DNA of 64,000 bases, from assembly GCF_044704955.1 (NCBI RefSeq), contig NC_091999.1:53444001-53508000 (forward strand), written 5' to 3'. Position 1 is the stretch's first letter, and each line of letters begins with the position of its first letter. Position numbers and translations under genes: made by a program. The notes below the pieces were generated by a model. The model was not told the DNA's origin, did no database searches, and worked only from the letters and a program-made list of their open reading frames with translations. This document shows positions 25,780 through 39,711 of this stretch, in pieces. Source of the stretch: Pristiophorus japonicus (taxonomy: Eukaryota).

Positions 25780-28700
25780 GACCCCAGCTATTTATAATCT
25801 ATATTAATGTCTTATGGGGTAGCGTGTGCCAATTATACCCGACTCTGTGATCACAATACAAGCAACATTTTGGATTAGCAGAGGCACCACCTTCAAACTT
25901 CCTGGACCCAAACACAAAGCTCACCGACAGTAACCATTAACACCCAAAGCTGAGCTAGCGGTCTGTCAGATAGTGCAGGAATTATAGGAGCAAAGTGTAT
26001 TGAAACAGGCAATAGCCTTAACCAATTCACCTGTGTGGCCGGTAAAGAAACCCGACAGGTCTTACCGACTGACTGTCGATTATACCACGTTGAATAAAGT
26101 GACACCACCAGAACACACAATAGTGGCAAGTCCAGCCACAAATTTAAATGGCCTGGATCCAGAGCATAAGATATTCACCGTGCTGGATATAGCGAGTGGA
26201 ACTTGGGCCATACCCTTGGACAAAGAGTCGCAAGGAAAATTTGCCTTCATGGTAAAGGGAAAACAATATACATGGCCAGAGTACTACAGGGATTCCATAA
26301 CAGGCGGAGCACACTTCATCGAATATTTTCAGGGATGTTCGAACCATTGGACGTAGGAGAAGTTAGGAGCAAAGTAACATCTCTACATAATATCGTAAGG
26401 GAAGAGACAGATTCCCGCGGACAGAAAGGAAGCAATTCAATCAATCCCCAGGCCAGGAACCGTGAAAAGGGTCAGGCAGGTACTAGGGCTATTCAACTAC
26501 TGCAGAAATTTTATTCCCGAATAAATCGAGATGGTCTAACCTATACAGGACCAGGTCAAACCACCCAAGAGCCAGTAAACTGGGGCCCAGATCAAGAAAC
26601 TGCATGTGTGCGGTTAAAACAAGCTCTCACAAGTGCTCCAGCCCTGCGACTACTAGACCAGAATAAGCCTTTTCACGTCTATACCTGCCATACTAACCAT
26701 CATTATAACGCGTTAGTGATTCAATTACATGGGGACAGGCAAATACCAGTGGCATATTACTCAGATAAATCGCAACCTGTAGCTGCAGGATTGTCCAGGT
26801 GTGTTGCTGCTCCTGTCTGTGCGACTTGGCCATCAGAGTTAGCGAACCAATAATAATATCAGGATGCATTATTCTACATACCCAGCATACCTTTGTAGAA
26901 TTATTTAACACTGGAAGGCTAAACACGATGCATAAAGGGCAAGGTGGGGATCAATGCTATTACCTCCCCAATGGGGCGGTAACAATAATAAAAGACGACT
27001 GTAACACCCCTGCAGGGTGGATCATTACGGAGGGAGCAGAGCATCAGTGTAGCCCCAACAGAAGAAGACGAGGGAAGTAGTCAGGCAAGTGAAACCCCGC
27101 TTGAGCAGGCAGACATGGATCTATATATAGATGGGTGTCAGCGCTATATCAATGGCACACCAAGGACGGGATGCACCATGGTAGATAGCATCGGACAGGT
27201 CAAAGGGGAAGGACGGTTAGAAGAGAGTCTATCAGCTCAAGTGGTTGAATGAGTGGCTCTCACTCTGAGTCTAGCTAAAGGAAAAAGTGTAAACATCTAT
27301 AAAAGCAGTCAATATGCTTTTGGAGTATTGCATGATTATATGCTAGCCTGGAGCAGATGCAGATACATGACCTTTGGAGAAGCACCGATTCAAAATGAGA
27401 TTGTTAAGCACCTAGTGGAAGCCTCCCTCTTACCCCAGGAGTGTGCGATATTAAAGATCAAAGAGCACATAAAAATTAATGATCAGTATGAACAGGGGAA
27501 TGAATGGACAGATGAAGCAGCCAATTGAGTGGCAGAAACAGGTACACTGGCCGGGGAAGCCCAAGGCGGAGCATGTACAATCGGACCTGAGGAAGTAAAC
27601 ATGCTTCAAGTACAGGGAGAAGCCACTCCGCAGGAACCGGAGGGGTGGATGCAGAGATGGGCCCAACAAGAGACCAATGGGATATGGAGGAAAGATGGGA
27701 ATGTGCTGGCCCGGTATGCATCCAGCGGAGCCTATTAAATTCATACCACGGGTATTTCCATACAGGTAGAAACATCATGATAAACTCGATGTCCAGATGC
27801 TGGTGGTGGAAGGGATTGGGTAGAGATATAGGGGACCACTGTAGAAGGCGCGTCACAAGCATAAAATACAACCCAGGGGGAAAGTAAAGATCAGAATGGG
27901 ACATCAGCCCCGACCGAAAGGACCTTGGGAAAACTTGCAGTTAGATTTTACTAGTCCGTTACCCAGCAACAAGGGGAAGGCATGCTGCTTAGTTATAATA
28001 GACCAGTTTACGAAGTGAGTAAAAGCTTTTGCCACTTGAAATTGTTCAGCAGAAACCATGGCCAGGATCCTAGCAGAAGAAATAATGGCACTACAGCTGA
28101 ACTCAGATCAAGGTGCACAATTCACAGGGAAAATAATGAAACAGGCCTGCGCTTAGGGATTAGGCAAAATTATCCCATATCAAGGAGACTGGAAAGTGAT
28201 GGATAGTCAGCATACCCCGCGGACTAATAAAGCTGAAGGCAAACCCTAATCGGACGACTGGACTGATATACTTTTAATTAAATGAAAGACTGGATATGAA
28301 AATTTGTAATGGAACTCTGTAAACAGTTACGTGATGTAAAGACACAGGCTGGCGATTAGCAAATCAAGGATTTAGGGAACGACACTAAGAAACAGAAGGT
28401 CCAACCACCCCAAATAGGCAGTCAGGTGATTACTCCAGAGAGGTCCAGGCTGGCACCCAAATGGACCGGACTTTATCAGGTAATAATGGTAAGTTATGAT
28501 AGTTACAAGGAGTATCGGCAAGTGGAAACATTGGACCCAGTTAAAAAAGCATGGTCACTAACTAATCGGTGACGACCGGGAAATATTGCTTTTTGCAGGA
28601 CTCTGGTGCTCGTGGAAACAACGTGGGGTAAGGTAGCCTCATATCAAGGACAACAGACTGAGGGATGGCAAGGCCTGTATTACAGGAACTCGGGCGACAT

Positions 28701-29961
28701 TAGTTTAATAAAGAATCAAAAACACTGATGGTGAGGAACGGAGCAACAGTAGACTTAAATAATGGGCATAAAACAAGGTAACAAGGAAACGAAACAACAT
28801 TGAGGATGGGCCAGTAATACGGGACCATAATGAGTGGAAATAAGACCGCGGTGAGTTTTATAATCAGGAGGGACAAACATACTGCATCCGGGGAAGGGGG
28901 TGCAGATTTCACTAACATCTATGAATGGTGGTGGCGGGATATCTCCAGAGATATTATATAATGACTTATACACGAACTAAGCTGGACTCAATGTATTGGT
29001 TGTAGTGCAAGGGAACTCACCTTGCTAGTATTATCCTTTAAAAAGGTGTAACCAACATAAGAGGCAGGCCCTAGCCTGCACTATCGTTAAAACATTGAAG
29101 AAAGGGAAATCAGACAGCCCGGCAGAAAGGACTTACATAGTATAACCTTGATGGGGAAGTCAACAGATATATCCAGGATCTCGGGAAGTAGCACTACCTA
29201 ATTGAAAGGACAACCCTGGAATCTCACCCATGTGGAATTAATTGCGAAATGGAATATCTTGGACATATAGCCAAGGGCCATTAGGGGGGAATTGTAAGGG
29301 ATAAATAGGAAAGTTCTAGATAGGGGTTCAGAATGATGCTGAAGGTTGTGAACTTATCAATTGCCTATGCATGCAAAATTTGCTTATATAGGTATAAAAC
29401 ACTTATATGCATCATATTATAACTTATGCTTAGAAACACGTAAACAGCCAAAGTCAGCAGTTTTGTTTAAAAGTCCCCGAGGAAGAGATAAAGAAGCCAG
29501 GAGAACCACACCAGGCGTCGGATAGACTGGGGTAGAGGGTAAAATGGAACAAAACAATGATGAGAGATGGGCAGTTGCATGTACCGCTCAGAGCCCGTCT
29601 GATTAGAGTCGACAAATCACTGTAACTTCGCTGATAGCAATAAACCTATCGATGATTTTGTAGGCGGATAGCTCCTCTCCAACATCTGTATAAATTATGC
29701 TTCAAAACTCTTCTATTTCGGAGGTTCTAAGACTGAACCTTCCCGTGCATTGTTCGTAATAAAACCGGTAAACCTGAGGTTTTGTTTGTTTACTTCCGTG
29801 GTCGTCATACAGTGGGAAGCTGGGCGAGGTGTCGATTAACTATATTAGTTAGTCCACCCAGAGGGAGAGAAGACTCCTTTTAGTCCAACGGGTGGGCAGG
29901 TGTCGATTAACTACATAGTTAGTCCACCATGAAAGAGAGAAGCCTCCTTTTTACCCCAACA
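25780..29961 (+). mobile_element. Decayed spuma/lokiretrovirus-like provirus: pol (RT, RNase H, IN ~25900-28560), deleted env-like region, PPT 29283-29292, 3' LTR 29293-29961
   Basis: NSPVWPVKKPD.SYRLTVDY, FTVLDIA, QGFHN, ALTSAPAL.L.D...PF, YIDG, HHCC-like zinc finger, GPWENLQLDF; ggggggaat-TGTAAGG...ACA LTR with AATAAA. Confidence 0.8.
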
Positions 29962-32160
29962 CCTTCCCTCCTCACCACTCCCCTCTCCTCTCCTCTCTCC
30001 TCACGTCTCTCCTATGCTCATCCCCTCTCCTCTCCCCTACGTTCTCCCCTCCTCCACTCTATTCTCCACACCGACCGTCGCCCCTACCCTCTGCTCTCCT
30101 CTCCCCAGTCCTCTCCTCTAATCCCCTTCCCTCTTCACTCCGCTTTCCTCTCCTCTCCTCTCCTCTCATCAGATCAACTCTCCGTTCCTCTACTCTCACC
30201 TGCTCTGCTTTCTTCTCCCCTCTCCTCCCCTACACTATCGTTCCCTCCCTGCTCATCTCTACCCTCCTCTCTCCCCTCGTCTCTCTTTTCCTCTCTTCTC
30301 CACTACTCTACTCCTCTCGCCTCTCCTCTCCTCCACACTCCTCTCCTCTCCTCTCCCCTCTGCTCACCTCCTTATTCAATCATCTTCTCTCCTCCTCTCC
30401 CCTCTCCTCCCCTATCCTCCCCACTCGGCTCATCCCTTCTCCCATCTCCTACTCTCTCCTCTCCACTTCTCTCCTCACCTGTCTTCCCATCCTCTCCCCT
30501 CAGCAACTCTCCTCCCCTTTCAGCTGTTCTCCTCAACTCTCTTGTGTCCTCATTTTCTCCCCTCTCGCCTACCTTCTCCACGCCTCTACGCCATTCTCTA
30601 CTCTCCCCTACACTCTTCTCTTCCCGTTTCCTCTCCTCCATTCTCCTCTCATCTCTTCTCCTCTGCTCTCTGATCTCGACTCATCTCCTCTCCTTCCCTA
30701 TCCTCACCTATCTTCTTCTCTCCACTGTTTTCAAGTCGCTTCTCTCTCCACTCTCCTCTCTCCTCATCCTCTCCTCTCCACTCCAATCATCTCGACTCCT
30801 CTCCCCTAAATTCTCCCCTCCTCTCATCTCCCCTCCTCCTCACCTCTTCTCCCCTTTCATTTTAACTCCTCTCCTCATTTGTGTCCTCTGATGTTCTCCC
30901 CTCTCCCCTCCTCCCCGCTCCTCTCCTTCCCTCTGCTCTCCCCTACCCTCTCCACTCCTCTCTTCCCCACTCCTCTCCTCCCCTTCCTACCCTCTCCTCC
31001 CCTCTGCTCTCCTTTCCTCTACCCTCTTTTCAGCTCCTCCTCTCATTCACTATCTTCTCCCTCCTCTCCTCTCCCCTAACTTCACCACCCCTCTTTTCCA
31101 TTCACCTTTACCCACCTCTCCGCTACCCACTCTTCTATCCTCTCCTGCCCTCTCTTCTACTCTCCTCTCTTGTCCCCTATCTTGTCCTCTCCTCTCCTCT
31201 AATCTACTATCCTCCTTTCTCCACTCTGCTTTCTTCTTTTCTCTTTTCTCCTCTCATCTCCTCTACTCTCCTCTCTGTTGCTCAACTCTCCACAGCTCTT
31301 CTCTCCTCCACTCTCCTCTCCACCACCCTCTCTTCTTCCCACTCCTCCCCTCCCTTCTCATCTCTTCTCTCCCCTGCTCTCCCCACTCTCTTCCTCTCCT
31401 CTACTCTGATGGTTTCTCCTATGCTCTCCCGCCGCCCTTCCCCTCTCCTCTGCTCTACTCTCCTTCCCTCGCATCCTCTCTCCACTCTCCACTTGTCTCC
31501 ATTCCTCCCTTCTCCGCTCTGCTCCTCTCCTCCACTCCACGCTCCTCTTATCTCTCTTCTCTCCCCTACCTTCTCCTCACCTCTACTCCACTCTGCTCTC
31601 CTACCATCTCCCCTACACTCTCATCTCCACTCCGCTCGCCTTTCCTCTCATCTCTCTCCCCTCCCCTACCTTCTCCTCACCTCTATTCCACTTTCCTCTT
31701 CTCCCATCTCCCTTACACGATCATCCCCATTCCCCTCCTCTCCTCTCTTCCCCTCTCCTATCTTCTCCTCTCCTCTCTTTTCTCCTCTCTTGTCCTCTCC
31801 TTCCTCTTATCAACTCTCCTCTCCGTTCCTCTACTCATCTCTGCTCTGCTCTCCTCTGCCCTCCTCTCTATTTACTCTGTCATCTATCCTATCCTCCACC
31901 AACCTTTCCTCCCCTTCTTGCTCTCCTTCTCACTTTCCTCCTCCCAACCTTTTCTCTCACCTCCTAACCTCGACTCTGATCTGCTGTCTTCTCCACTCCA
32001 CTCATCTCCTCCCCTCACCTCTGCTCTCATATTCCCCTCTCCTCTCCTCTGCACTCATCTCCTTTCGTATACTCCCGTCCCGCCTCCTGTCCTCTCTCTT
32101 CTCCCCTCCTCACCTCTCTGCTCCTTTCATCTCCATTCCTCACCTCCAGTCTCTCCATTC
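29962..32160 (+). repeat. CT-rich (polypyrimidine) tract, inverted paralogue of 15990-17889
   Basis: Composition and colinear reverse-complement match. Confidence 0.92.
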
Positions 32161-32290
32161 CCTGTACTGAGGAAAATAAACCATAGGACGGCCTGTGACT
32201 GTCAGTATGGCATCGGTCGCCATGAATCCTTACTGCCCATTGTATTAACAGTAGACACGTATCCTTACTGACCAATATATTATCTGTCCC

Positions 32291-35200
32291 TGTAAATGTA
32301 GATTATTTTCTCTCAATCTGGTTCAGCAAAATTACTGAAACGAATACCGTTTGTGCTTTAAACAAAGCAAGCTTTTATTTAAAAAGCAAATCCCGATCGG
32401 GGACCTTATCAGACAGAAGGAATGCAACTCTGATAGAATGCACCCACTTCCTAAGGACAAAGTGACGTTACATTTTAAAGGGACGACGGTTATACATTTT
32501 CGGCAAAAGATAACAAGATAGGGCGAGAGTGACATCCTCGTCCAGCCTATCCCTTTTGATCCCTCTTTCCCTTTGTCCACTCATAAGCCGACCTAAGTAT
32601 GGTCTGATTTTAGACAAAGAGCTTCTGTTAATTTTTCAGGTTAATAACATGATTTAATAAGACCTTGAGGTTTTTCTGCAAGCTGTGGATTTTGTTTCAA
32701 TATGTGTTAGTGTTGTAACATTTCGCAATCTCGAGTCTGAGATGTCATGGCTATTCCTCCATGCATTCTTTGTTAGCTTATACTGTCCCTATACAATTCC
32801 CACGTTCTCAACTTCAATGTCTCTATACATTTTTAAACATTCACATTCCCCTCTTTTATCATTCCATGATAACCCTGGTGACTATTCCAGGAGTATCGCA
32901 TTCAGCCTTTCGCACTCTCTTTCCTGATCCATATTGTTGTTATTGTCGAGTAGTTCTTTACTTCGTTGGATCATAACTCGGGAGCCCTTGACCACAAGAA
33001 GGTTTGCTAACCTTGCCATCATTACTTTACAACAAAGGTTACGGCAACCAACAATTGAATAGGATCTCCAAGATCCATCTGATAGTAAATCAAACCAGCT
33101 AGATCCTTCTGCTGTTGTGTATAACTTCTTCACCTCCCTTCTTATGTGATCAGCGAGATTGGTTATGTTTTCTGAACTATCAGTAATGTAAGTGCAACAT
33201 TCACACCCTATCAGGGCACACGTTCCCCCTTTCTAAGTTAACAGGTAATCGAGAGCCATTCCGTTTTGTAATGCTACGGTCCTTATTGCTACCATTTCAG
33301 CTGTGATGCCCTCCAGAGCTTCAGCAGTATTGTATTGGCCCCCCTCCTCGCGTTATAGTTTGGCTCTGAATCCATCTGACAGTCTCAGTTAGGGTTATTG
33401 GAATGGGGCGCAAAGGAATTCCCCCTTTGGAATGTTTAGGGAATGTATAGGGAATGTGAACACACCCAACATCTAGAAAAGTTCCCATTTTGCGAATAAA
33501 TATAAGACATGTACAAAAAGGTGTTTACATGGAGCTCTCGTCTCTGTCTCCCCTCCCATGCGCCGAAATTGTCATATATCAAGACTATTATACAGACTGT
33601 GGCATACAGACACAGTTTCATCTTATGGCTCAGGATTCAGATAAATAGTCCAATTATTTTGCTGATTAAAAGAGTTCAGTTTTCTCGTCTCTCTTCTCAG
33701 GTCACCGTCAGTGTTGCTGGCTATCTATCACTACGGGTAAAAGTTCAAACTGGTCCACGTTCCAATTAGGATGCCAACGACCTTGTTCAGCTATGGAGAA
33801 GAGGAAGTCTGGAACAGCAACAGGAGTTAGAATAACCAGTAAAATAGGTTCTTTAGAGGGTGGTGAGCTTGCAGTGGTGCAGGTGAACCCAGGCACTTTT
33901 CCCATCAACCTTGGTTGCAGTGGGGGTAGTGAGTAACACCTGAAAAGGCCCCTCCCGTTATGGCTCTAATCCCTTCCGAAACCACACTTCCCTGGTGCCA
34001 GGCGGGACAATTCGGGCAAAACTGTGAGGTCGAGATGAGCATCTTGAACCTGGTTGTGAGCTAGTCGCAGAGCCTGAGTCAGAGAAAGAATATAGTTGGT
34101 CGTCAGTCGAGCTGAGATACCATATCTAGGAACGATTTCCCTCATTAACACCTTAACAACAGTTTGAGCCTTATTGTCCAGGGTAGGGTAGGCTACAATC
34201 CATCTGCTAAACACATCTACTATTACTAACAGATATTTGTAACACTGAACTTTTTGCAACTCAATGTAGTCCAACTGAAATGTCTCAAAGGGCCCTTCGG
34301 GTCGGGGCGTTTTACCCCAATCACAGGGGACTCCCTTCCCTGGATTATGTTGCTGGCAAACCAGGCAACGACTACTGATGTTCTGGGCGAGCACCTGGAG
34401 TCTAGGTTGCCACCAAGTAGCCAAAAGTGTATCACTCGTGGTCCTTTCTCCACAATGAGTAGCAAAATGCATACATTCAATAACCCACAGAGCTAACTCG
34501 TCAGACATGCAAGTCTGTTCCGCGGGAGTGGTCCAGTTTAGAAACATTGTCATAAGTACATCCATAATATTTCCACAACAGTTTATCTTTTTCAGGAGCG
34601 TCCTCCTTTGCTTTTATAACATCTTGGATGGTTGGCATTGGTTTTTCCGAGGCTAACTTATCCTTCGCAGGATTTTTTAAATCTGACTCATCATTTTGGG
34701 CACTACCATCTGTTGGTCACGAGAGGCCTGTTTAGTCTCTTTGTCAGCACAGTGGTTCCCTATATCAACCGGGTTTTTTCGGTGGTGTGGGCGGTACATT
34801 TAATAACGGCAATGTGATTGGGGAGCATGACGGCTTGCAACAAATCAGATACTAGTTGCTTATGGGATATCTTATTCCCCTGTGAGGTTAGGAATCCTCT
34901 AATTTTCCATAATTGTCCGAAATCATGGGCCACCCCAAAGGCATACCTAGAGTCGGTATAGATATTGACTTTGATGTCTTTGGCCAAGATACAGGCTCGG
35001 GTGAGGGCGAATAGTTCAGCTTGTTGGGCAGAATAGGCGGTTTCAAAAGCGGCAGATTCCAAGACCTGATTCTCCTGGTTTACTATGGCGTATCCTGAGA
35101 TTTGTGTACCTTCTGGATTAATAGAAAAACTTCCATCAACATACATAATACAGTCTGGATCTTCCATTGGTACATCAACTAAATCTTCCCTGACTGATGT

Positions 35201-38200
35201 GGCCTCTTGAATTAAAGATAAACAATCAAGACTGGGTTCTTCCTCATCTTGGGGTGGCTCAGTAAGAAAACAGGCCGGATTAATGGCAGTACAGTGCCGA
35301 AAGGACAGTTAGGATTGTTTAGTAAGTAGATCTCATATCTGCTTTGCCTGGCCATGGTAAGATGTTGAGTCTGCAGTTGGCCCAGGAGGGCAGCTGCGGA
35401 GTGAGAGGTGTTAAGATAACGGTAGCACAGTCTTTCGGAATTGTACAATACAGTTGAAAGAGCCGGTCATAGAGGGGCCGGCCCAAAGCCGGAGCTTGCA
35501 GCAGGGCTGTTTTTAGTTCCTTAAAGGCTTGGACGTCTGCGGTTTCTATTTCAAAGCTGCCTTACTTATTTGTATACGGGGTGAGTTGCTTAATCATCAG
35601 GGCAACATTAGGGATCCAGGATCTGCAGTAATTGATCATCCCCAACCACTGTCGCATTTGTTTAGCCGTGCAAGGGACAGGAAACTGGCAAATTGTTTCG
35701 ACTCGGCTAGCCTCCAAATCTCGGTGGATACTCGGTATTGGCTGTGATTTCAGTGGGTACTGTCGGATAAGGGCCAGTCCACATTGCCCTGCACTGGGAT
35801 CTCAGTCGGATCAATGCGAGTATAACCCACTTGGGAGGGGTCCTCTGCCTACACATGAGGATCCACATAGTCAGGTATGTCAGAGACAGTATGATGCTGC
35901 AGAGTCGTTAAGACATTTCTCGGGGTCCCCGTGGAATTGGACTGTTCGGCCATGTTTTACAATTTGCACATCCCGGCTGGTAGGGTCAGCCTCGTCTATA
36001 GCCTGGCGCACCATAACTCCCAAATCTTTAGCGGGTGGGGAGGTAATACTTCACGAGTAATATGTTTTGCCACCGTTGGGGGCTGTCCATTTCCACAAAA
36101 TCTGCCTTCCCTTCCGGTCCAGTCACTCTAGCCCTTAATAGAAATTGCTTCACTTCCCCTTCGTAATCCTGATAAAAGTTCTGCAGGTCCTGATTCTTTC
36201 CACTGGGATCTTATGCTAGGGTCACGTGATAGGGTGCCTGTGGCAGATCCAGAGACCACCACTGAGGGGATCGAGTGGTATAATACTGCCGCTTAAGGGT
36301 TCCCTGTTTTACAATAATCCCATCATCTCCACACTCCAAATGCAACTGGAATTTGCAGAGGAGGTCTCTCGCCATCAAGTTACAGTCCAGATTGGTTGTG
36401 AAAACAAATCAATGTTCCACCGATTCTTCCTGGTAACCAATTTTAACCGTTCTTACACTGGGAATAGAGAGACTTGTCCCAGGAATCCTGACAGTCCCTG
36501 TGTTTCAGTGAAGGCGGGGAGTTTAAGCTTTGATTGTACAGAAGACATGAAGGCTCCCGTATCTATCAAGAAGGGTTGCAACTCATTCCGTATTTTTAAC
36601 AATATCATCGGTTCGTCATCCAGGGAGGGTCCCTGCACAATCAAGCTGCGTAGTCAATACGAATCGCGGGACGTTTGGCCAAGGGGGTTGTTCTGGGAGA
36701 AGTTAGTGTAAGATCGCTGTCCTCTCCCCCCTTGCCCCCCTGCTCTTCCTCCTCTTCCTTTTTCGTGCTGACAGGAGGGACAATTTCCATTCCAATGTCC
36801 TTCTTGCCCAAAAATAACGCATCCATCTCGTCTTTCCCAGCCCCGACCTCTTCCCATACCAGGCCGGGAACAGTAGGGCGATCCGTAATTAGCAGGGCCC
36901 GGGCCGTTTGGGTGTTTAGTATAACCGTATCCCTGTTTATCCACCCAATCCTGCGCGCATTACTGCGGTTCCATCTGGTATCCCCTTGGGTCGGGTTTTG
37001 GTCCTTCCACCTGAGGCGGCTCTTCCTTTCTAGTCACGTATTCAGTCTTGACCCGGGTTGGGGGTGCACCTCCCCCCTCTCCTTTCTTTTCCTGCCAATA
37101 ATATTTAACCGCCCTTTCCATCTGGGCTTTACTGTTATCTGCCCAATTATTTGTCCGGATAGCGTGAGCAACCGAATAGGGCAGGCACTGAAGTAGGATA
37201 GCGCAGAATTGAGGAGAATCCTCTCCTGCCCTGAAGGCATTATCTCCTGATTGACTTCTGTATATTTCAATAAATCTTTCCATGAATTCATCGGCAGTTT
37301 CTTCTCGTTTGGGTTTAGTTTCTAATACTGCGGCCATACTGATGGGCTTCTGAAGGGTCGTGCTGAGAGCATGAAAGATAGCGTTTCGGCGATCCTGGAC
37401 ATCGTTAGGGTGAGCAACGACCAATGCATCATGAGTAGCATGTCTTAGGTGAGTTAGAAATCGGGCATGCTCAGTTGGGCTCAGGGTTTGCTTTACCAGG
37501 GCTCACAGGTCCCTTGATTCTGCATTATATCCATGCATGTCGAGATCACTCCGTGAAATCGGAGGTCAGGGTTAAGTTGGGTTTGTGGATCCCTTTCAGC
37601 TTATTTATCTTAGCCTTTTAACTCTTCAATTTGTTTTGTTTGAGTATCTATTTCTTTATTGTATCAGGCAAGTATTATTACATAAGCTAGTTCTGTTTTT
37701 ATTTTTATTCTGACTATCGCACCATTCCTCTGTTAGGTGAGTCTTTTTTCTATTAAGAAATCCAAATTGATAACGTTCAGTGTGAAAAGCTGTCAATGGA
37801 AAGGGTTAACTCCTTTACAGGTTTGTAAGAAGACCTGATGTCATTATGTGACTTCACGTAACCATCTGAGAAATAAAAAATCTTTTCATCAGGAAAGGCA
37901 GCATTTAATTAAACTCCAATTCAAGTACTTGCCAAAGATATTTGTTTTAATTGATTTAAAACGAGACCACACATTTGTTTACTGAAATTTTATTTCGTCA
38001 TCAGCCTCGGTCAATGCAAAGCCAACCATTTTAACTAAGTAGTGTATCGATACATTTCTCAGAGGTCCCAGTGGAACTCTGAGTACGTTTCTCGTGCGTG
38101 CACTCTTTCTTTAAGACGTCTACGGTTTTTAACTTGTCCTCCTTCTGTCAATGAAAGCCGTAATTTAATGGAGTTTTTATGCCAACTCCACAGGAGTGAT

Positions 38201-39711
38201 TTTTTTTAGACTGCAGTGGAATTTTTCTCCTAATTTAAAATCTCAGAACATTTTTTTTTCTTTCAGCACCTATTTAGTACGTTACTTTTTTTTTTGTCTT
38301 TTCCATAACGAGAGGGAAGTCTGTCACGTAGGCTGTGGACTGCTTTTCGTTATCTCAATTGTTCCAGCCTCAAGGTCGTGTTATTTTATTTTTTGAATCC
38401 TTTTGAATCCATTTCAGTATTTTCTGTGCCTTCTCTGAATATCTCAAAATCCCGATTCAAACTTTGTAATTCAATAAGGTTCACACGCTTAAACTTCCCA
38501 CATACAGGACAACACAACGAAGGGTTAAAAAAAACTTTCATTCTGTTTGAAAAAGTGGGTGGAGCTAAAACAAACCACAACTCCCCGGCTTTTTTTTTGA
38601 CCAGTAAAAATTACACAAGCATTTCTCATTTAAAACAAACGTTCACAAGAGTCTCTTTTCTTTCTTATTAATTTTTGGATCCATGATTGATCATCTATCC
38701 CTATCTAGCTCTAACTATCCCTACATTCCGTGTCGCCGCACGGATCTACTTGGGCCTCGAACCCACACAGACACTGGGCCTCAAACCCAGGCAGGCTCTG
38801 GGCCTCGAACCCAGGCAGCTTTCCAAGTCGCCGCTTGGTTTGCATCACCGCGCAAGACTTACCTATTGGAACCTATCTTTCCAAGTCGCCGCTTGGTTTG
38901 CATCACCGCGCAATACTTACCTATTCTAAGTTTGAAAGGTATTCACCAGATTGTCCTGGATCTCGTTCAGACACTACCTGAGAACCAGCGAGTGGCGAAA
39001 CTTATCTCAGACTTTTGAAACCGGGGGAATCTGGAACAGTATTGAAATCATACTCACTCAAGTGGCCACTTTCCCCTCGTCTCGTCCAAGGCTAGTCTGG
39101 CTCTTAATTCGCAAGTTTTCGGCAGTTGTCCGTTGAGATCCCACTTCTGACACCAAATGTAAATATAGATTCTTTTCTCTCAATCTGGTTCAGCAACATT
39201 ACTGAAACGAATACCGTTTGTGCTTTAAACAAAGCAAGCTTTTATTTAAAAAGCAAATCTTGATTGGGGACTTATCAGACAGAAGGAATGCAACTCTGAT
39301 AGAACGCACCCACTTCCGATGGACAAAGTGACGTTACATTGTAAAGGGACGACGGTTATACATTTTCGGCAAAAGATAACAAGATAGGGCTAGAGTGACA
39401 TCCTCCTCCAGCCTATCCCTTTTGATCCCTCTTTCCCTTTGTCCACTCATAAGCCGACCTAAGTATGGTCTGATTTTAAACAAAGACCTTCTGTTAATGT
39501 TTCAGGTTAATAACATGATTTAATAAGACCTTGAGGTTTTTCTGCAAGCTGTGGGTTTTGTTTCAATATGTGTTAGTGTTGTAACATTTCGCAGTCTCGA
39601 GTCTGAGATGTCATGGCTATTCCACCATGAATTCTTTGTTAGCTTATACTGTCCCTATACAATTCCCACGTTCTCAACTTCAATGTCTCTATACATTTTG
39701 AAACATTCACA
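32291..39711 (-). mobile_element. Class I (epsilon-like) ERV, two LTRs (3' 32291-32845; 5' 39158-39711), gag-pro-pol-env decayed with internal deletions, TSD TCCC
   Basis: ~555-bp TG..CA LTRs with ~20 differences by eye; PPT aaaagaggggaa; gag 36654-37560 with degenerate CCHC; protease FLIDTGA; RNase H YVDGS/SAQQAEL/YTDSRYAFG; integrase FQLDYI; env TM VALQNGMALDYLL...CALIGCECC; tccc at 32287-32290 and 39712-39715. Confidence 0.95.
39138..39155 (-). promoter_or_regulatory. PBS complementary to tRNA-Leu(CAA): TGGTGTCAGAAGTGGGAT
   Basis: 18-nt match 2 nt inside the 5' LTR. Confidence 0.9.

Noticed and set aside
29811-29830. Apparent PBS (CA-G-TGGGAAGCTGGGCGAGG) after an LTR
   Set aside because: Does not match any tRNA 3' end I know; the LTR more plausibly continues to ...CCCCAACA at 29961
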